This document shows positions 55,556-64,000 of a stretch of DNA of 64,000 nucleotides, piece after piece (within the stretch, counting starts at the first letter, position 1; each line of letters begins with the position of its first letter). Made by a program: the position numbers and the translations under genes. This DNA comes from Candidatus Moraniibacteriota bacterium (lineage in GTDB: Bacteria; Patescibacteriota; Minisyncoccia; Moranbacterales; UBA2206): NCBI GenBank assembly GCA_049303905.1, contig JBAQNP010000020.1, positions 5,584 to 69,583 on the forward strand. Reading direction: 5' to 3'. The notes beneath the pieces are model-generated. The model was not told the DNA's origin, did no database searches, and was given only the letters and a program-made list of their open reading frames with translations.

Positions 55556-57424
55556 TTGCAAAATATGGAAGAAAAAAAGGCTAAAAAAATATTAGATGAT
55601 ATTAACTTTCCGGCGGATTTGAAAAAAATTCCAGCTGAGAAATTACCGGAACTTTGCGACGAAGTCCGCAGTTTTTTGATTGAGAGCGTTTCAAAGTCTG
55701 GTGGACATTTTGGTTCAAATCTTGGGGTGGTGGAGCTCACAGTGGCTTTGCATTATATTTTCGATACCCCGAGAGATATTTTAATTTGGGATGTGGGTCA
55801 TCAAGCTTATCCTCATAAAATTTTAACTGGACGAAAAGATAGGTTGCATACGATCAGAAAAAAGGGAGGACTAGCACCTTTTCCAAAAAAAACTGAAAGT
55901 GAATACGATGCTTGTAGCGTTGGGCATACTAGCACCTCAATATCTTCAGCAGTTGGTATGGCAATTGCTAATCGAAACAAGAAAAATGCTCCGCAAATTG
56001 TGGCGGTGATTGGCGATGGGGCACTGGCGGGAGGAATGGCATTTGAAGCTTTGAATCACGCAGGAGATGTTGGCGCTGATATGTTAGTAGTTTTGAATGA
56101 TAATAAGATGTCGATTTCGCCTAATGTGGGAGGCTTGGAAAAATATCTCACAAAAATAATTTCCTCTTCTTCTTTTGTGAGGGTGCGCGAAAAAGGGCGG
56201 AAATTTTTTAGTCGGGTGCCCATTTTGGAAAAATTTTTGCGTCGAGCAGAAAAACAAGCTAAGGGAATGTTGGTGCCTTCCACGCTTTTTGAACAATTAG
56301 GTTTTGAATATTATGGTCCAATTGATGGGCATGATGTGAAAAATTTGGTGGAGGTTTTATCTAATCTAAAAAAGATTAAAGGTCCAAAATTTTTGCATGT
56401 AGTGACGACAAAAGGCAAGGGATATACGCACGCGGAAAAGGATGAATTTTCTTTGCATGCAGTGGCGCCTTTTGATTTGGAGACTGGCAAAAAAAATGGT
56501 GCTAGTGCCAAAAAAATAACTTTCTCGGATGTTTTTTCTGATTGGATTTGTGAGAAAGCCAGAAAAGATGAAAAGCTTCAGGCGATCACGCCGGCAATGT
56601 GCGAAGGTTCCGGTCTTTCGCAATTTCGCAAAATTTTTCCCAAGCGTTTTCATGATGTGGGAATTGCCGAACAACACGCTGTCACTTTTTCTGCGGGGCT
56701 TTCTGCTCAGGGCGCCAAACCAGTAGTTTCAATTTATTCTTCGTTTTTACAAAGAGCCTATGATCAAATCATTCATGACGTGGCTTTGGAAAATCTGGAT
56801 GTGCTTTTTGCCATTGACAGAGCGGGCGTTGTCGGACCAGATGGCGCCACACACAATGGAAGTTTCGATCTTTCCTTTCTTCGCGCGGTTCCAAATTTGG
56901 TCCTTATGACGCCATCCTGCGAAAATGAATGTTTTGCCATGCTCAGTGCCGGATACAAACATAAGGGGCCAGCCGTGGTGCGTTATCCAAGAGGGGGTGG
57001 AAGCGGAAAATATAATCAAGAAAAATATAATGCTCTTGAAATTGGCAAAGCAAAAATTGTTCGCGCTGGAAAAGACATTGCAATTTTGTCTTTTGGAATA
57101 CTCTTAGAAAATTGCAAAAAAACTGCAGAAGTTTTGGATGCGACTTTGGTGGATATGCGATTTGTGAAGCCACTAGATGAAGAAACGCTGAAAAATTTAT
57201 CCGAGACGCATAAATATTTTGTCACTATTGAAGACAATGTAATTGCCGGCGGAGCAGGTAGTGCGGTCAATGAATTTATCTTAAAAGAAAATTTGCAAGT
57301 TTCAGTTAGAAATTTAGGACTGCCCGACAAATTCCTAGAACACGGAACCCGCGAAGAGCTTCTCAAAGAAATTGGGCTCGACGAAGAGGGGATTTTAGAA
57401 GCGGTTAGAATTTTTATTTTATAA
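55556..57424 (+). CDS. dxs: 1-deoxy-D-xylulose-5-phosphate synthase
   Basis: GHFGSNLGVVELTVALHYIF and DVGHQAYPHKILTGR signatures, 622 aa. Confidence 0.85.
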   Translation: MQNMEEKKAKKILDDINFPADLKKIPAEKLPELCDEVRSFLIESVSKSGGHFGSNLGVVELTVALHYIFDTPRDILIWDVGHQAYPHKILTGRKDRLHTIRKKGGLAPFPKKTESEYDACSVGHTSTSISSAVGMAIANRNKKNAPQIVAVIGDGALAGGMAFEALNHAGDVGADMLVVLNDNKMSISPNVGGLEKYLTKIISSSSFVRVREKGRKFFSRVPILEKFLRRAEKQAKGMLVPSTLFEQLGFEYYGPIDGHDVKNLVEVLSNLKKIKGPKFLHVVTTKGKGYTHAEKDEFSLHAVAPFDLETGKKNGASAKKITFSDVFSDWICEKARKDEKLQAITPAMCEGSGLSQFRKIFPKRFHDVGIAEQHAVTFSAGLSAQGAKPVVSIYSSFLQRAYDQIIHDVALENLDVLFAIDRAGVVGPDGATHNGSFDLSFLRAVPNLVLMTPSCENECFAMLSAGYKHKGPAVVRYPRGGGSGKYNQEKYNALEIGKAKIVRAGKDIAILSFGILLENCKKTAEVLDATLVDMRFVKPLDEETLKNLSETHKYFVTIEDNVIAGGAGSAVNEFILKENLQVSVRNLGLPDKFLEHGTREELLKEIGLDEEGILEAVRIFIL

Positions 57425-57809
57425 ACCCAAAATGTTTTAGGGCTGGTAAGATATTTGGTGCAAGGTCTTGGGGAAGATTTTCAATATCTAAATAATCCCA
57501 TTTTCGAATGTCCTCTCCTGGTGTTATTTCTCCAATTCTCTTGGCTAAAAAGTGAACTAGAATGACATCAAGATTTCCTTCCAGAGTTTCTTTTTTTGTA
57601 TGGAGCAAGAATGGTTTTTCATCCAAAATTTCAATATCAATTCCCATTTCTTCTTTAACTTCGCGTCTGGCATTTTCAATTAAATCAGTTTCAAAATTTT
57701 CTACTTTTCCCCCGCAAAATTTCCAGAAAGTCGTGTCGCCGTGTTGATTGAGAAGTACTTTATTATTTTCCACGATTACTGGACCGGAAGCGATAATTAT
57801 TTTTTGCAT
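57414..57809 (-). CDS. NUDIX hydrolase
   Basis: Nudix box GGKVENFETDLIENARREVKEEMGI. Confidence 0.75.
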   Translation of the reverse strand: MQKIIIASGPVIVENNKVLLNQHGDTTFWKFCGGKVENFETDLIENARREVKEEMGIDIEILDEKPFLLHTKKETLEGNLDVILVHFLAKRIGEITPGEDIRKWDYLDIENLPQDLAPNILPALKHFGFIK

Positions 57810-57823
57810 ATTGTTTTTGTTAA

Positions 57824-58453
57824 TTATTTTTTAAAATATAATTCTCTAATAGATTCTTCAATTGCCTCTCTGATTATTTTTTCTAATTTTAAATAATTAT
57901 GATCATCCGCGAGTTGCAAGGCCTTGATATAATTATTTCTTCCAGAAATTGTTTCGACTTTCAACTCAACTGGTGGTAAATTTAGATTAAGCAAAATGAC
58001 ATTGTTTAGCAATCTGCCGAGTCTGCCATTGTAATCTTGAAATGGATGAATCCAAGAAAATCTATGATGTGCCCAAGCGATCAAAAAAATCAGTTCATCG
58101 AAAAATTTATTGTCATCAATTTTTGGTAGATGTTTTATCCTTATTTGCAGGTCTTGAGTAAATTCAAGCATGAGTTGCGGTACTAAATAAAATTTCGGCG
58201 GAATATGTTTTGAAACCTTGACCTCAATGTTCCGATATCGGCCACCCATTTTTGGGAAAATCCAACCGAAGCCAATTTTGTGAATTTGTTTTATAAATTC
58301 CGGTGTGAGGGGCAAATTGCCTTTCTCGTTTTTTTGCAAAACAAAATCCCACGCCTTTTTTATCCCTTCAATTTCTAAAGGAATTAATTTAGAGCGCGGG
58401 ATGATGCCGAAGGCTGTTTCTTTGTAACTAGTTTCGCCTCTGCGTTTTTTCAT
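57824..58453 (-). CDS. Fic/Doc family protein
   Basis: Fic motif HPFQDYNGRLGRLL (HPFx[DE]GNGR). Confidence 0.85.
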   Translation of the reverse strand: MKKRRGETSYKETAFGIIPRSKLIPLEIEGIKKAWDFVLQKNEKGNLPLTPEFIKQIHKIGFGWIFPKMGGRYRNIEVKVSKHIPPKFYLVPQLMLEFTQDLQIRIKHLPKIDDNKFFDELIFLIAWAHHRFSWIHPFQDYNGRLGRLLNNVILLNLNLPPVELKVETISGRNNYIKALQLADDHNYLKLEKIIREAIEESIRELYFKK

Positions 58454-58463
58454 TATATTTAAG

Positions 58464-58640
58464 TTAGGCTTTTTGCAGAACTTTTTTTACCATTTTTTGC
58501 GTTACTTCTGGATTCTCGCTTTTAGTTGTTCGATAAACCATTTTATTTATAAACATACCAAAATAATCCTGACGCATCTTGCTTTTCGCCGGTGATTTTT
58601 GAAAACTTTTTAAAATTTGAATCATTTGTTGTTTTGACAT
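58464..58640 (-). CDS. Small basic protein (58 aa) 10 nt upstream of the Fic gene on the same strand; candidate FicA-like partner
   Basis: ORF MSKQQMIQILKSFQKSPAKSKMRQDYFGMFINKMVYRTTKSENPEV.... Contains TTKSEN, which fits the (S/T)xxxE(G/N) inhibitory-helix motif. Not in the ORF track. Confidence 0.35.
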   Translation of the reverse strand: MSKQQMIQILKSFQKSPAKSKMRQDYFGMFINKMVYRTTKSENPEVTQKMVKKVLQKA

Positions 58641-58686
58641 ATTCTAAGATTAGCATAATTAGCTTGTTTTGTCCACTTTCGGGAGG

Positions 58687-60369
58687 TCATAAATTTTTCA
58701 CCATATAGCTATCTTTCAACTTATATCCTAATTTTCGATAATATCCACGCACGCCGACGCCTGAAATTACTACAATTTTATCAAGACGGAATTCTTTTTT
58801 GGCTATTTTTTCAGCCTCTAGGATTAGTTTTTTTCCAAGGCCGATGTGTTGAGGAGAGAGCGTATCTTTTTGATTGATCTGATTCATTTTGCCATAAGTA
58901 TGTACTTCCCTTATTATGGCAGAATTTTTCAGAACATTCGGGACTATACTTTTTTCGTTATTTATTCTTAGGCGTAAAAGCGCAAAAAGTTTAGACCTCA
59001 CCCCAGCCCTCTCCTTATTAAGGAGAGGGAGCGTTGAATACTCCAGGAATATTTCTTGGCCATCGCTAGCAGGATAATCAATACGATTTAGAATTATTTT
59101 TTCTTTGAGATTATAATCCGAACGAACTTCGCGACAACGAATGCAAGGACAGGTGGATTTTTTGGCAATTAGTTGGCGAAGATTAGAAATCTTTGGTCCG
59201 GCGATGATGGAACTTTCTGGCACATCGCGCACTAGGCGAGAGATGCGAACATAAGGTGGAATGATTTCATTTTTGACACGCAGGATAAATTTTTCAAAAC
59301 TTTTGTCGGTGAGGGCTTTATATTTTCCAGCTTTCCATATTTTATACAGTGGACTTTGACGGATAACGACAGTCGGATAAATCTTGAGCATATCTGGTTG
59401 GAAAGAGGAACTACTAAAAAGTTCTTGAAACATTTGAAAATCTTTTTTGATGCTAGAGCCAAGTAGCCCTGGCATAATATGATAGTTAATTTTGAAACCA
59501 AAATCTTTGAGCAGTTTTGTAGCTGTGACAGTTTTTTGAACGTTGTGTCCGCGTTTATTTTTTTCTAATACATCATTAAAAATACTTTGCACGCCAAGTT
59601 CAACTCGAGTGCATCCAAGATTTCTAAAATTAATTAGTTCCTCTACATTGATATAATCCGGTCGCGTTTCTAGTGTTAGCCCAACTATTCTATGCTTAGC
59701 CGTCTCATTCTTCCTTTGCTCTGTTTTTAAATTTTTTTCGGTTTTGTTATATGTTTCATGTTTCATGTTGCATGACTTAGGGTAGTCATTGCAAGCCCGA
59801 AAACAGTCTAAGATAAATTTATTCTGGTAGGCTTTTGGCAAATAGGAAAAGGTTCCGCCCATTACGATTAATTCAATCTTGTCAGTTTTGTGACCATTAA
59901 GTTCGAGAGCGTGAATTCTTCTTTGTACTTGAAGATAGGGATCAAACTTTGCGGAAATGGCGCGCATCACAGCTGGTTCATTTGAAAGATAGCTTTTAGG
60001 CATTTCTTTTTCGGTGGGGCAATAGATGCATTTTCCTGGACAAGGATAACTTTTAGTAAGCACTGCCACCACGGCTACACCAGAATCAGTGCGAATTTTT
60101 TTGCTAAAAAGACAATTTTCTAAATCCGGATTACGTTTGATTTTTTTCTCGAGAATCATTTTTTCATAAAGTTCGCGAATATCAGCATTGGTTGGAAGGG
60201 GTAATCCCAGCTCCTTGCAAATCTCTTTTTTCCGTTTCAAAAAAAGCGCAGGACTGGAAATCTTGGTTTGGGTTGCTAGTTTTATGAAATTGTCATAGGA
60301 TTTAAGCATGGGGGTGGGGTGGGTGAATTTAATTTTTGTAATTTGGAAAAAATAAACTTGAACGCGCAT
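58687..60369 (-). CDS. Elp3-like radical SAM + GNAT protein (tRNA wobble-uridine modification family)
   Basis: CPGKCIYCPTEKEM radical-SAM cluster region and a C-terminal GNAT domain. The likely true start is the internal MLKSYDNF at 60309. Contains an MKHET insertion (59741-59777). Confidence 0.8.
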   Translation of the reverse strand: MRVQVYFFQITKIKFTHPTPMLKSYDNFIKLATQTKISSPALFLKRKKEICKELGLPLPTNADIRELYEKMILEKKIKRNPDLENCLFSKKIRTDSGVAVVAVLTKSYPCPGKCIYCPTEKEMPKSYLSNEPAVMRAISAKFDPYLQVQRRIHALELNGHKTDKIELIVMGGTFSYLPKAYQNKFILDCFRACNDYPKSCNMKHETYNKTEKNLKTEQRKNETAKHRIVGLTLETRPDYINVEELINFRNLGCTRVELGVQSIFNDVLEKNKRGHNVQKTVTATKLLKDFGFKINYHIMPGLLGSSIKKDFQMFQELFSSSSFQPDMLKIYPTVVIRQSPLYKIWKAGKYKALTDKSFEKFILRVKNEIIPPYVRISRLVRDVPESSIIAGPKISNLRQLIAKKSTCPCIRCREVRSDYNLKEKIILNRIDYPASDGQEIFLEYSTLPLLNKERAGVRSKLFALLRLRINNEKSIVPNVLKNSAIIREVHTYGKMNQINQKDTLSPQHIGLGKKLILEAEKIAKKEFRLDKIVVISGVGVRGYYRKLGYKLKDSYMVKNL

Positions 60370-60374
60370 TTTTT

Positions 60375-60415
60375 TGCTAAAATTTTTCTAAGTCAACGGC
60401 TGGTACGAAAAATTT
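60375..60415 (+). repeat. Copy 5 of the hairpin motif (gctaaaatttttctaagtcaacggctggtacgaaaaattttag) in the divergent promoter region
   Basis: 11-bp stem ctaaaattttt/aaaaattttag around a loop containing TCAACGGCTGG. Confidence 0.55.
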
Positions 60416-60521
60416 TAGAAAAAATCCGCATTCTTCGAACAACAATTTTTTCCAAATTACAAAAATTAAATTAACAATAGAGAGGGAGAGGAGAAAATTT
60501 TAATCATTCAATTTATTTATT

Positions 60522-61187
60522 ATGGAAATGGAAGATAAAATTTTAAAAGATATTGAGAATGGCTATAATATGATGGCGGATAAATTTTCCGGTACTCGGA
60601 AGCATTTTTGGCCGGGTTTTGATTTTATTTTAGAAAATATTAAAAATGGGGATAAAATTTTGGATTTTGGCTGTGGCAACGGACGTTTTTTGGAAATGAT
60701 TAAAGATAGTAATCTTGAATATTTTGGCGTGGATGTTTCACAAAAACTGATTGATATCGCCAAGGAGAAATATGCAAAAAATGGGGTCAGTTTTCAAAAA
60801 ATATCCAGTTCGGACAGTCTACCATTTCCTGACAATTTTTTCAACAGTGTCGTGTCTATTTCAGTTTTTCATCATTTTCCTTCTGGGCACGCGCAAAAGA
60901 TGGCCAAAGAAATTTATCGCGTGACGGCGCCGGGAGGAATAATCATAATCAGCGTTTGGAATTTATGGCAAAATAAATATTGGAAATATTGGATAAGTCT
61001 AAAAGCCATTTGGAAAAAAGATATTATTATCCCTTTTAGAAACAATCAAGGCGAAATTTTCAATCGCTTTCATCATATGTTTAGAAAAAAAGAACTGGAA
61101 AAGCTTTTTGGGCAAGTCGGTTTCCAAATTGAAAAATCTCTTGTGCTTAACAAGAAGAACATTATTATAATAGGTAAGAAAATATAA
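60522..61187 (+). CDS. Class I SAM-dependent methyltransferase
   Basis: The ILDFGCGNGRF motif I. Confidence 0.8.
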   Translation: MEMEDKILKDIENGYNMMADKFSGTRKHFWPGFDFILENIKNGDKILDFGCGNGRFLEMIKDSNLEYFGVDVSQKLIDIAKEKYAKNGVSFQKISSSDSLPFPDNFFNSVVSISVFHHFPSGHAQKMAKEIYRVTAPGGIIIISVWNLWQNKYWKYWISLKAIWKKDIIIPFRNNQGEIFNRFHHMFRKKELEKLFGQVGFQIEKSLVLNKKNIIIIGKKI

Positions 61188-61193
61188 CTTTTG

Positions 61194-61277
61194 TGCCTCG
61201 AGAGAGACTCGAACTCTCAAGGGATTGCTCCCACGCGATTTTGAGTCGCGCGCGTATACCAATTCCGCCATCGAGGC
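61194..61277 (-). tRNA. tRNA-Leu (anticodon CAA), type II with long variable arm
   Basis: Reverse complement gives acceptor gcctcga/tcgaggc, anticodon stem cgcga/tcgcg with loop ctCAAaa, variable hairpin ggga-gcaa-tccc, T-arm gagag-ttcgagt-ctctc. Confidence 0.85.
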
Positions 61278-61333
61278 TTATTTATATTATTTTGTATTTG
61301 TCTACCTTTTATAGTATAATAGACCTATAGATT

Positions 61334-62125
61334 ATGGCAAAGATTATTTCATTAGTCAACCAAAAAGGCGGAGTGGGTAAAACCACCTCAGCCATCAACC
61401 TTGCGACCTATTTGGCGGAGCTGGGTAAGTTTGTTTTGCTTGTGGATCTTGACCCGCAAGGCAATGCTTCTTCGGGGTTAGGATTGAATGTCAGAGAAAT
61501 TGAAAAAAGTCTCTATCATTCAATGATACTTGGAGAGCATCCGTCGAAAATAATTATGCGTACTGAAACTTTCGGCCATGATTTGATTCCTGCTTCACAA
61601 GATTTGGCCGGAGCGGGAATTGAGTTGGTTCATTTGGATAATAGAGAATTTCGACTGTATAATGTTCTGCGAGAAATTAGAACTAATTATGACTACATTA
61701 TAATTGATTCTCCACCTAGTCTTGGACTTCTCACAATTAATGGTCTAGTAGCGAGCGACGAAATAATTATTCCTGTGCAAACTGAATATTTTGCTCTCGA
61801 GGGACTTAGTCAACTTTTAAACACAATTAATCTAATCAGAGAAAATCTTCAACCGCAACTCAAAATCATGGGAGCGCTTCTCACTATGTATGACAAGAGA
61901 AATCGTTTAGCGCGCCAAGTAGTCAAAGAAGTGCAAGATCATTTTCCGGGACATGTTTTTGATAGTGTTATTCCTCGTTCAATTCGTTTAGCAGAAGCAC
62001 CAGGATTCGGAAAATCAATTCTTAGTTTTGATTCGCTTTCCAAAGGTGCGCGGGCTTACAAGAATTTAGCCAGAGAAATTATTGAATTGGATAAAAATAA
62101 TAATAAAAAAGATTTTTCAGTTTAA
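61334..62125 (+). CDS. parA: ParA/Soj chromosome partitioning ATPase
   Basis: KGGVGKTT deviant Walker A. Confidence 0.9.
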   Translation: MAKIISLVNQKGGVGKTTSAINLATYLAELGKFVLLVDLDPQGNASSGLGLNVREIEKSLYHSMILGEHPSKIIMRTETFGHDLIPASQDLAGAGIELVHLDNREFRLYNVLREIRTNYDYIIIDSPPSLGLLTINGLVASDEIIIPVQTEYFALEGLSQLLNTINLIRENLQPQLKIMGALLTMYDKRNRLARQVVKEVQDHFPGHVFDSVIPRSIRLAEAPGFGKSILSFDSLSKGARAYKNLAREIIELDKNNNKKDFSV

Positions 62126-62137
62126 GCTTTACGAATT

Positions 62138-62178
62138 ACCCGCCTCGCGTCGACGAGCGTCTCCGCGAGTTGAGGCGG
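62138..62178 (+). repeat. Family 1 GC-rich palindromic element, intergenic copy between parA and parB
   Basis: cccgcctcgcgtcgacgagcgtctccgcgagttgaggcggg. Confidence 0.75.
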
Positions 62179-62236
62179 GCGAATTTATACGAATTTACAA
62201 ATAATTTGGTAATTAAAATATTTTAAAATAAAAATT

Positions 62237-63139
62237 ATGGTTCAGAATTATGGCTTAGGTCGAGGATTGTCATCACTCATTCCTCAAAAATCAAAAAAAA
62301 TCGATAAGCCAGCGGAAGATTTCAATTATTTTGGCGCTTCTGGCAAACCAATTTCAAATGTTTCGCAGGAGAAAAATGAAATCTCCGAAATTGAAATTTC
62401 AAAAATTGTGCCCAATCCCTACCAACCGCGAACGGTTTTTGATGAAATAAAACTTCAAGAATTAGCTGATTCAATAAAAGAGCATGGAATCATCCAACCG
62501 ATTGTGGTGAGTAAATCTGGTGGACAATACCAAATTATCGCTGGAGAAAGACGATTTCAAGCGGCTAAAATTGCCGGGCTTAATGTTGTGCCGGTAATTT
62601 TTCGAGAAACAAATGATCAACAAAAATTGGAATTAGCAATTATCGAAAATATTCAACGTCAAGATCTAAATTCAATTGAAGAAGCAAAGTCATACTTGAA
62701 ACTTACCAATGAATTTAGTCTCACTCAAGAAGAGGTTGCCAAAAAATTAGGAAAAAATCGAAGTTCAGTAGCCAATAAAGTTCGACTTTTGAATTTGCCA
62801 ATTGAAATTCAAAAAGCTCTAATAGAGGGAAAAATTACGGAAGGGCATTGTAAGTTGCTCTTGGCTATTCCTAATCCAGAAAAACAAAGAGCTTTTTATG
62901 AGCTCATAATTAAAAATGGTTTGACTGTGCGTCAAACGGAAGACAAGACCAAAGAAGTGACCGTTCACTCTCACAAAAGGAATATTATTGTTGATCCGGA
63001 AACCAAGAGTCTGGAAGATGAGCTCATTGGAATTCTTGGCACTAAGGTAAAAATCAAAAAATCCGGTGGCGGTGGGCAGATTGTGATTGAATATTATTCC
63101 AAAGAAGAATTGAATAATATTTTAGGGAAGATAAAATAA
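62237..63139 (+). CDS. parB: ParB/Spo0J partitioning protein
   Basis: The IIAGERRFQAAKIAGL ParB box and an HTH. Confidence 0.9.
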   Translation: MVQNYGLGRGLSSLIPQKSKKIDKPAEDFNYFGASGKPISNVSQEKNEISEIEISKIVPNPYQPRTVFDEIKLQELADSIKEHGIIQPIVVSKSGGQYQIIAGERRFQAAKIAGLNVVPVIFRETNDQQKLELAIIENIQRQDLNSIEEAKSYLKLTNEFSLTQEEVAKKLGKNRSSVANKVRLLNLPIEIQKALIEGKITEGHCKLLLAIPNPEKQRAFYELIIKNGLTVRQTEDKTKEVTVHSHKRNIIVDPETKSLEDELIGILGTKVKIKKSGGGGQIVIEYYSKEELNNILGKIK

Positions 63140-63143
63140 TTTG

Positions 63144-63332
63144 ATGTTTGAAAAAATTATTCAAGTAGGTGTTGAATTTTATGAAAAAGTTATTGGTGTA
63201 TATTGGCCGGCTTATTTTTCGTGGCTGACAAAAAAATTAAGTGGAGTAGAACCATTTTTTGTGCTTTCCGTTTCAATTTTTTTGATTTTCGCTCTAGTAA
63301 TTTATGCTTGGTTTCGCAATCGCGACGCTTGA
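63144..63332 (+). CDS. Small membrane protein
   Basis: About 62 aa, one TM helix. The ATG at 63144 is preferred over the TTG at 63141. Confidence 0.4.
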   Translation: MFEKIIQVGVEFYEKVIGVYWPAYFSWLTKKLSGVEPFFVLSVSIFLIFALVIYAWFRNRDA

Positions 63333-63433
63333 ATTTTTAATTACATATTTAATTACGTAATTAAATGATAATTATAAAATCCGCTTTGGGGCGGATTTTT
63401 TTGAAAATTGAAAATTAGAAATTGAAAATTTTT

Positions 63434-63955
63434 CTAAATCATCCCTTCTTTCTTCATGAACTTCTTAATATGTGATTTAGCGGCGGAGGTTTTGACGAAG
63501 GTGAGCCAACCTCGGCTGGGATTTTTGTGATCTTTAGTGGTAATTATTTCTATAACCTCGCCATTTCTAACTTTATAATCCAAAGGAACCATTTTACCAT
63601 TGACTTTGGCGCTTATGGCGCGATCGCCAATTTCACTGTGAACTCGATAGGCAAAATCAATAGGAGTGGATTCTTCAGGTAGATCAATCACATCGCCTTT
63701 TGGCGTGAAGGCAAAAATATGATTTTTAAAAAAATCAATTTTAAGACTTTCTATAAATTCTTTATCATCCTTGCCAAGCTCATTTTGCCATTCGCGTAGT
63801 TGCTTTACCCAAGCAATTTCTTTTTCCGGAATTTTTGCTTTTTCACGAAAAAAGAAATTTCTAAATCCTTTTTTCTTTTCCGAATATATCCAATGGGCGG
63901 CAATTCCAAATTCAGCTTCGTCGTGCATTTTTTTGGTACGAATTTGAATTTCCAA
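63434..63955 (-). CDS. RelA/SpoT family protein, partial (C-terminal synthetase end and TGS domain). The N-terminus probably lies beyond the window edge.
   Basis: EIQIRTKKMHDEAEFGIAAHWIYSEKK is the RelA/SpoT signature. A TGS-like region follows (DVIDLPEESTPIDFAYRVHSEIG). Confidence 0.75.
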   Translation of the reverse strand: MEIQIRTKKMHDEAEFGIAAHWIYSEKKKGFRNFFFREKAKIPEKEIAWVKQLREWQNELGKDDKEFIESLKIDFFKNHIFAFTPKGDVIDLPEESTPIDFAYRVHSEIGDRAISAKVNGKMVPLDYKVRNGEVIEIITTKDHKNPSRGWLTFVKTSAAKSHIKKFMKKEGMI

Positions 63956-64000
63956 AAAATTTCTCTCTGGTCCAAAAATTGTAGTATGAATGGATTGGTA

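Overview
This is a low-GC, gene-dense bacterial chromosomal segment on standard code 11 with short intergenic spacers. Small proteins and gene content suggest a Candidate Phyla Radiation / Patescibacteria-like organism, which is my inference. Core genes on the + strand, in order: recO, tgt, peptidase U32, glyQS, a long run of cell-envelope genes, metG, tatD, rsuA-like, the complete ATP synthase operon atpI-like-atpBEFHAGDC, leuS, an NTP-transferase, glmM, glmS, rlmN, dxs, a SAM methyltransferase, parA, parB. On the - strand: the infC-rpmI-rplT operon, tmRNA directly downstream of smpB, recG, NUDIX, Fic, an Elp3-like radical-SAM/GNAT gene, tRNA-Leu(CAA) and a partial RelA/SpoT gene at the right edge. 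tRNA-Arg sits on the + strand. Accessory or selfish content: a GxxExxY (PD-(D/E)xK) gene, an ORF6N gene overlapped by a GIY-YIG nuclease gene, an MNT/HepT toxin-antitoxin pair, a Fic gene with a possible small partner, and a 1829-aa surface protein with a glycine-rich module and about 10 Fn3-like repeats. The most striking signal is not a gene. The window is saturated with several unrelated families of short palindromic or repeat elements. Several sit inside intact coding sequences as insertions that keep the reading frame. These include a 42-45 nt GC-rich palindrome in tgt, recG and tatD; a 65-80 nt double-hairpin element in the GT4 gene; and an AT-rich element encoding MKHET in five genes (four CDS copies plus the tatD 5' leader). 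Also present are two MITE-like 140-150 bp elements with terminal inverted repeats, a recurrent hairpin motif with a conserved 19-nt loop whose stem shows compensatory changes, clusters of the word TACGAAT/ATTCGTA upstream of genes, and tandem heptamer repeats inside and next to atp genes and leuS. I found no CRISPR array, rRNA or integrase/transposase gene.
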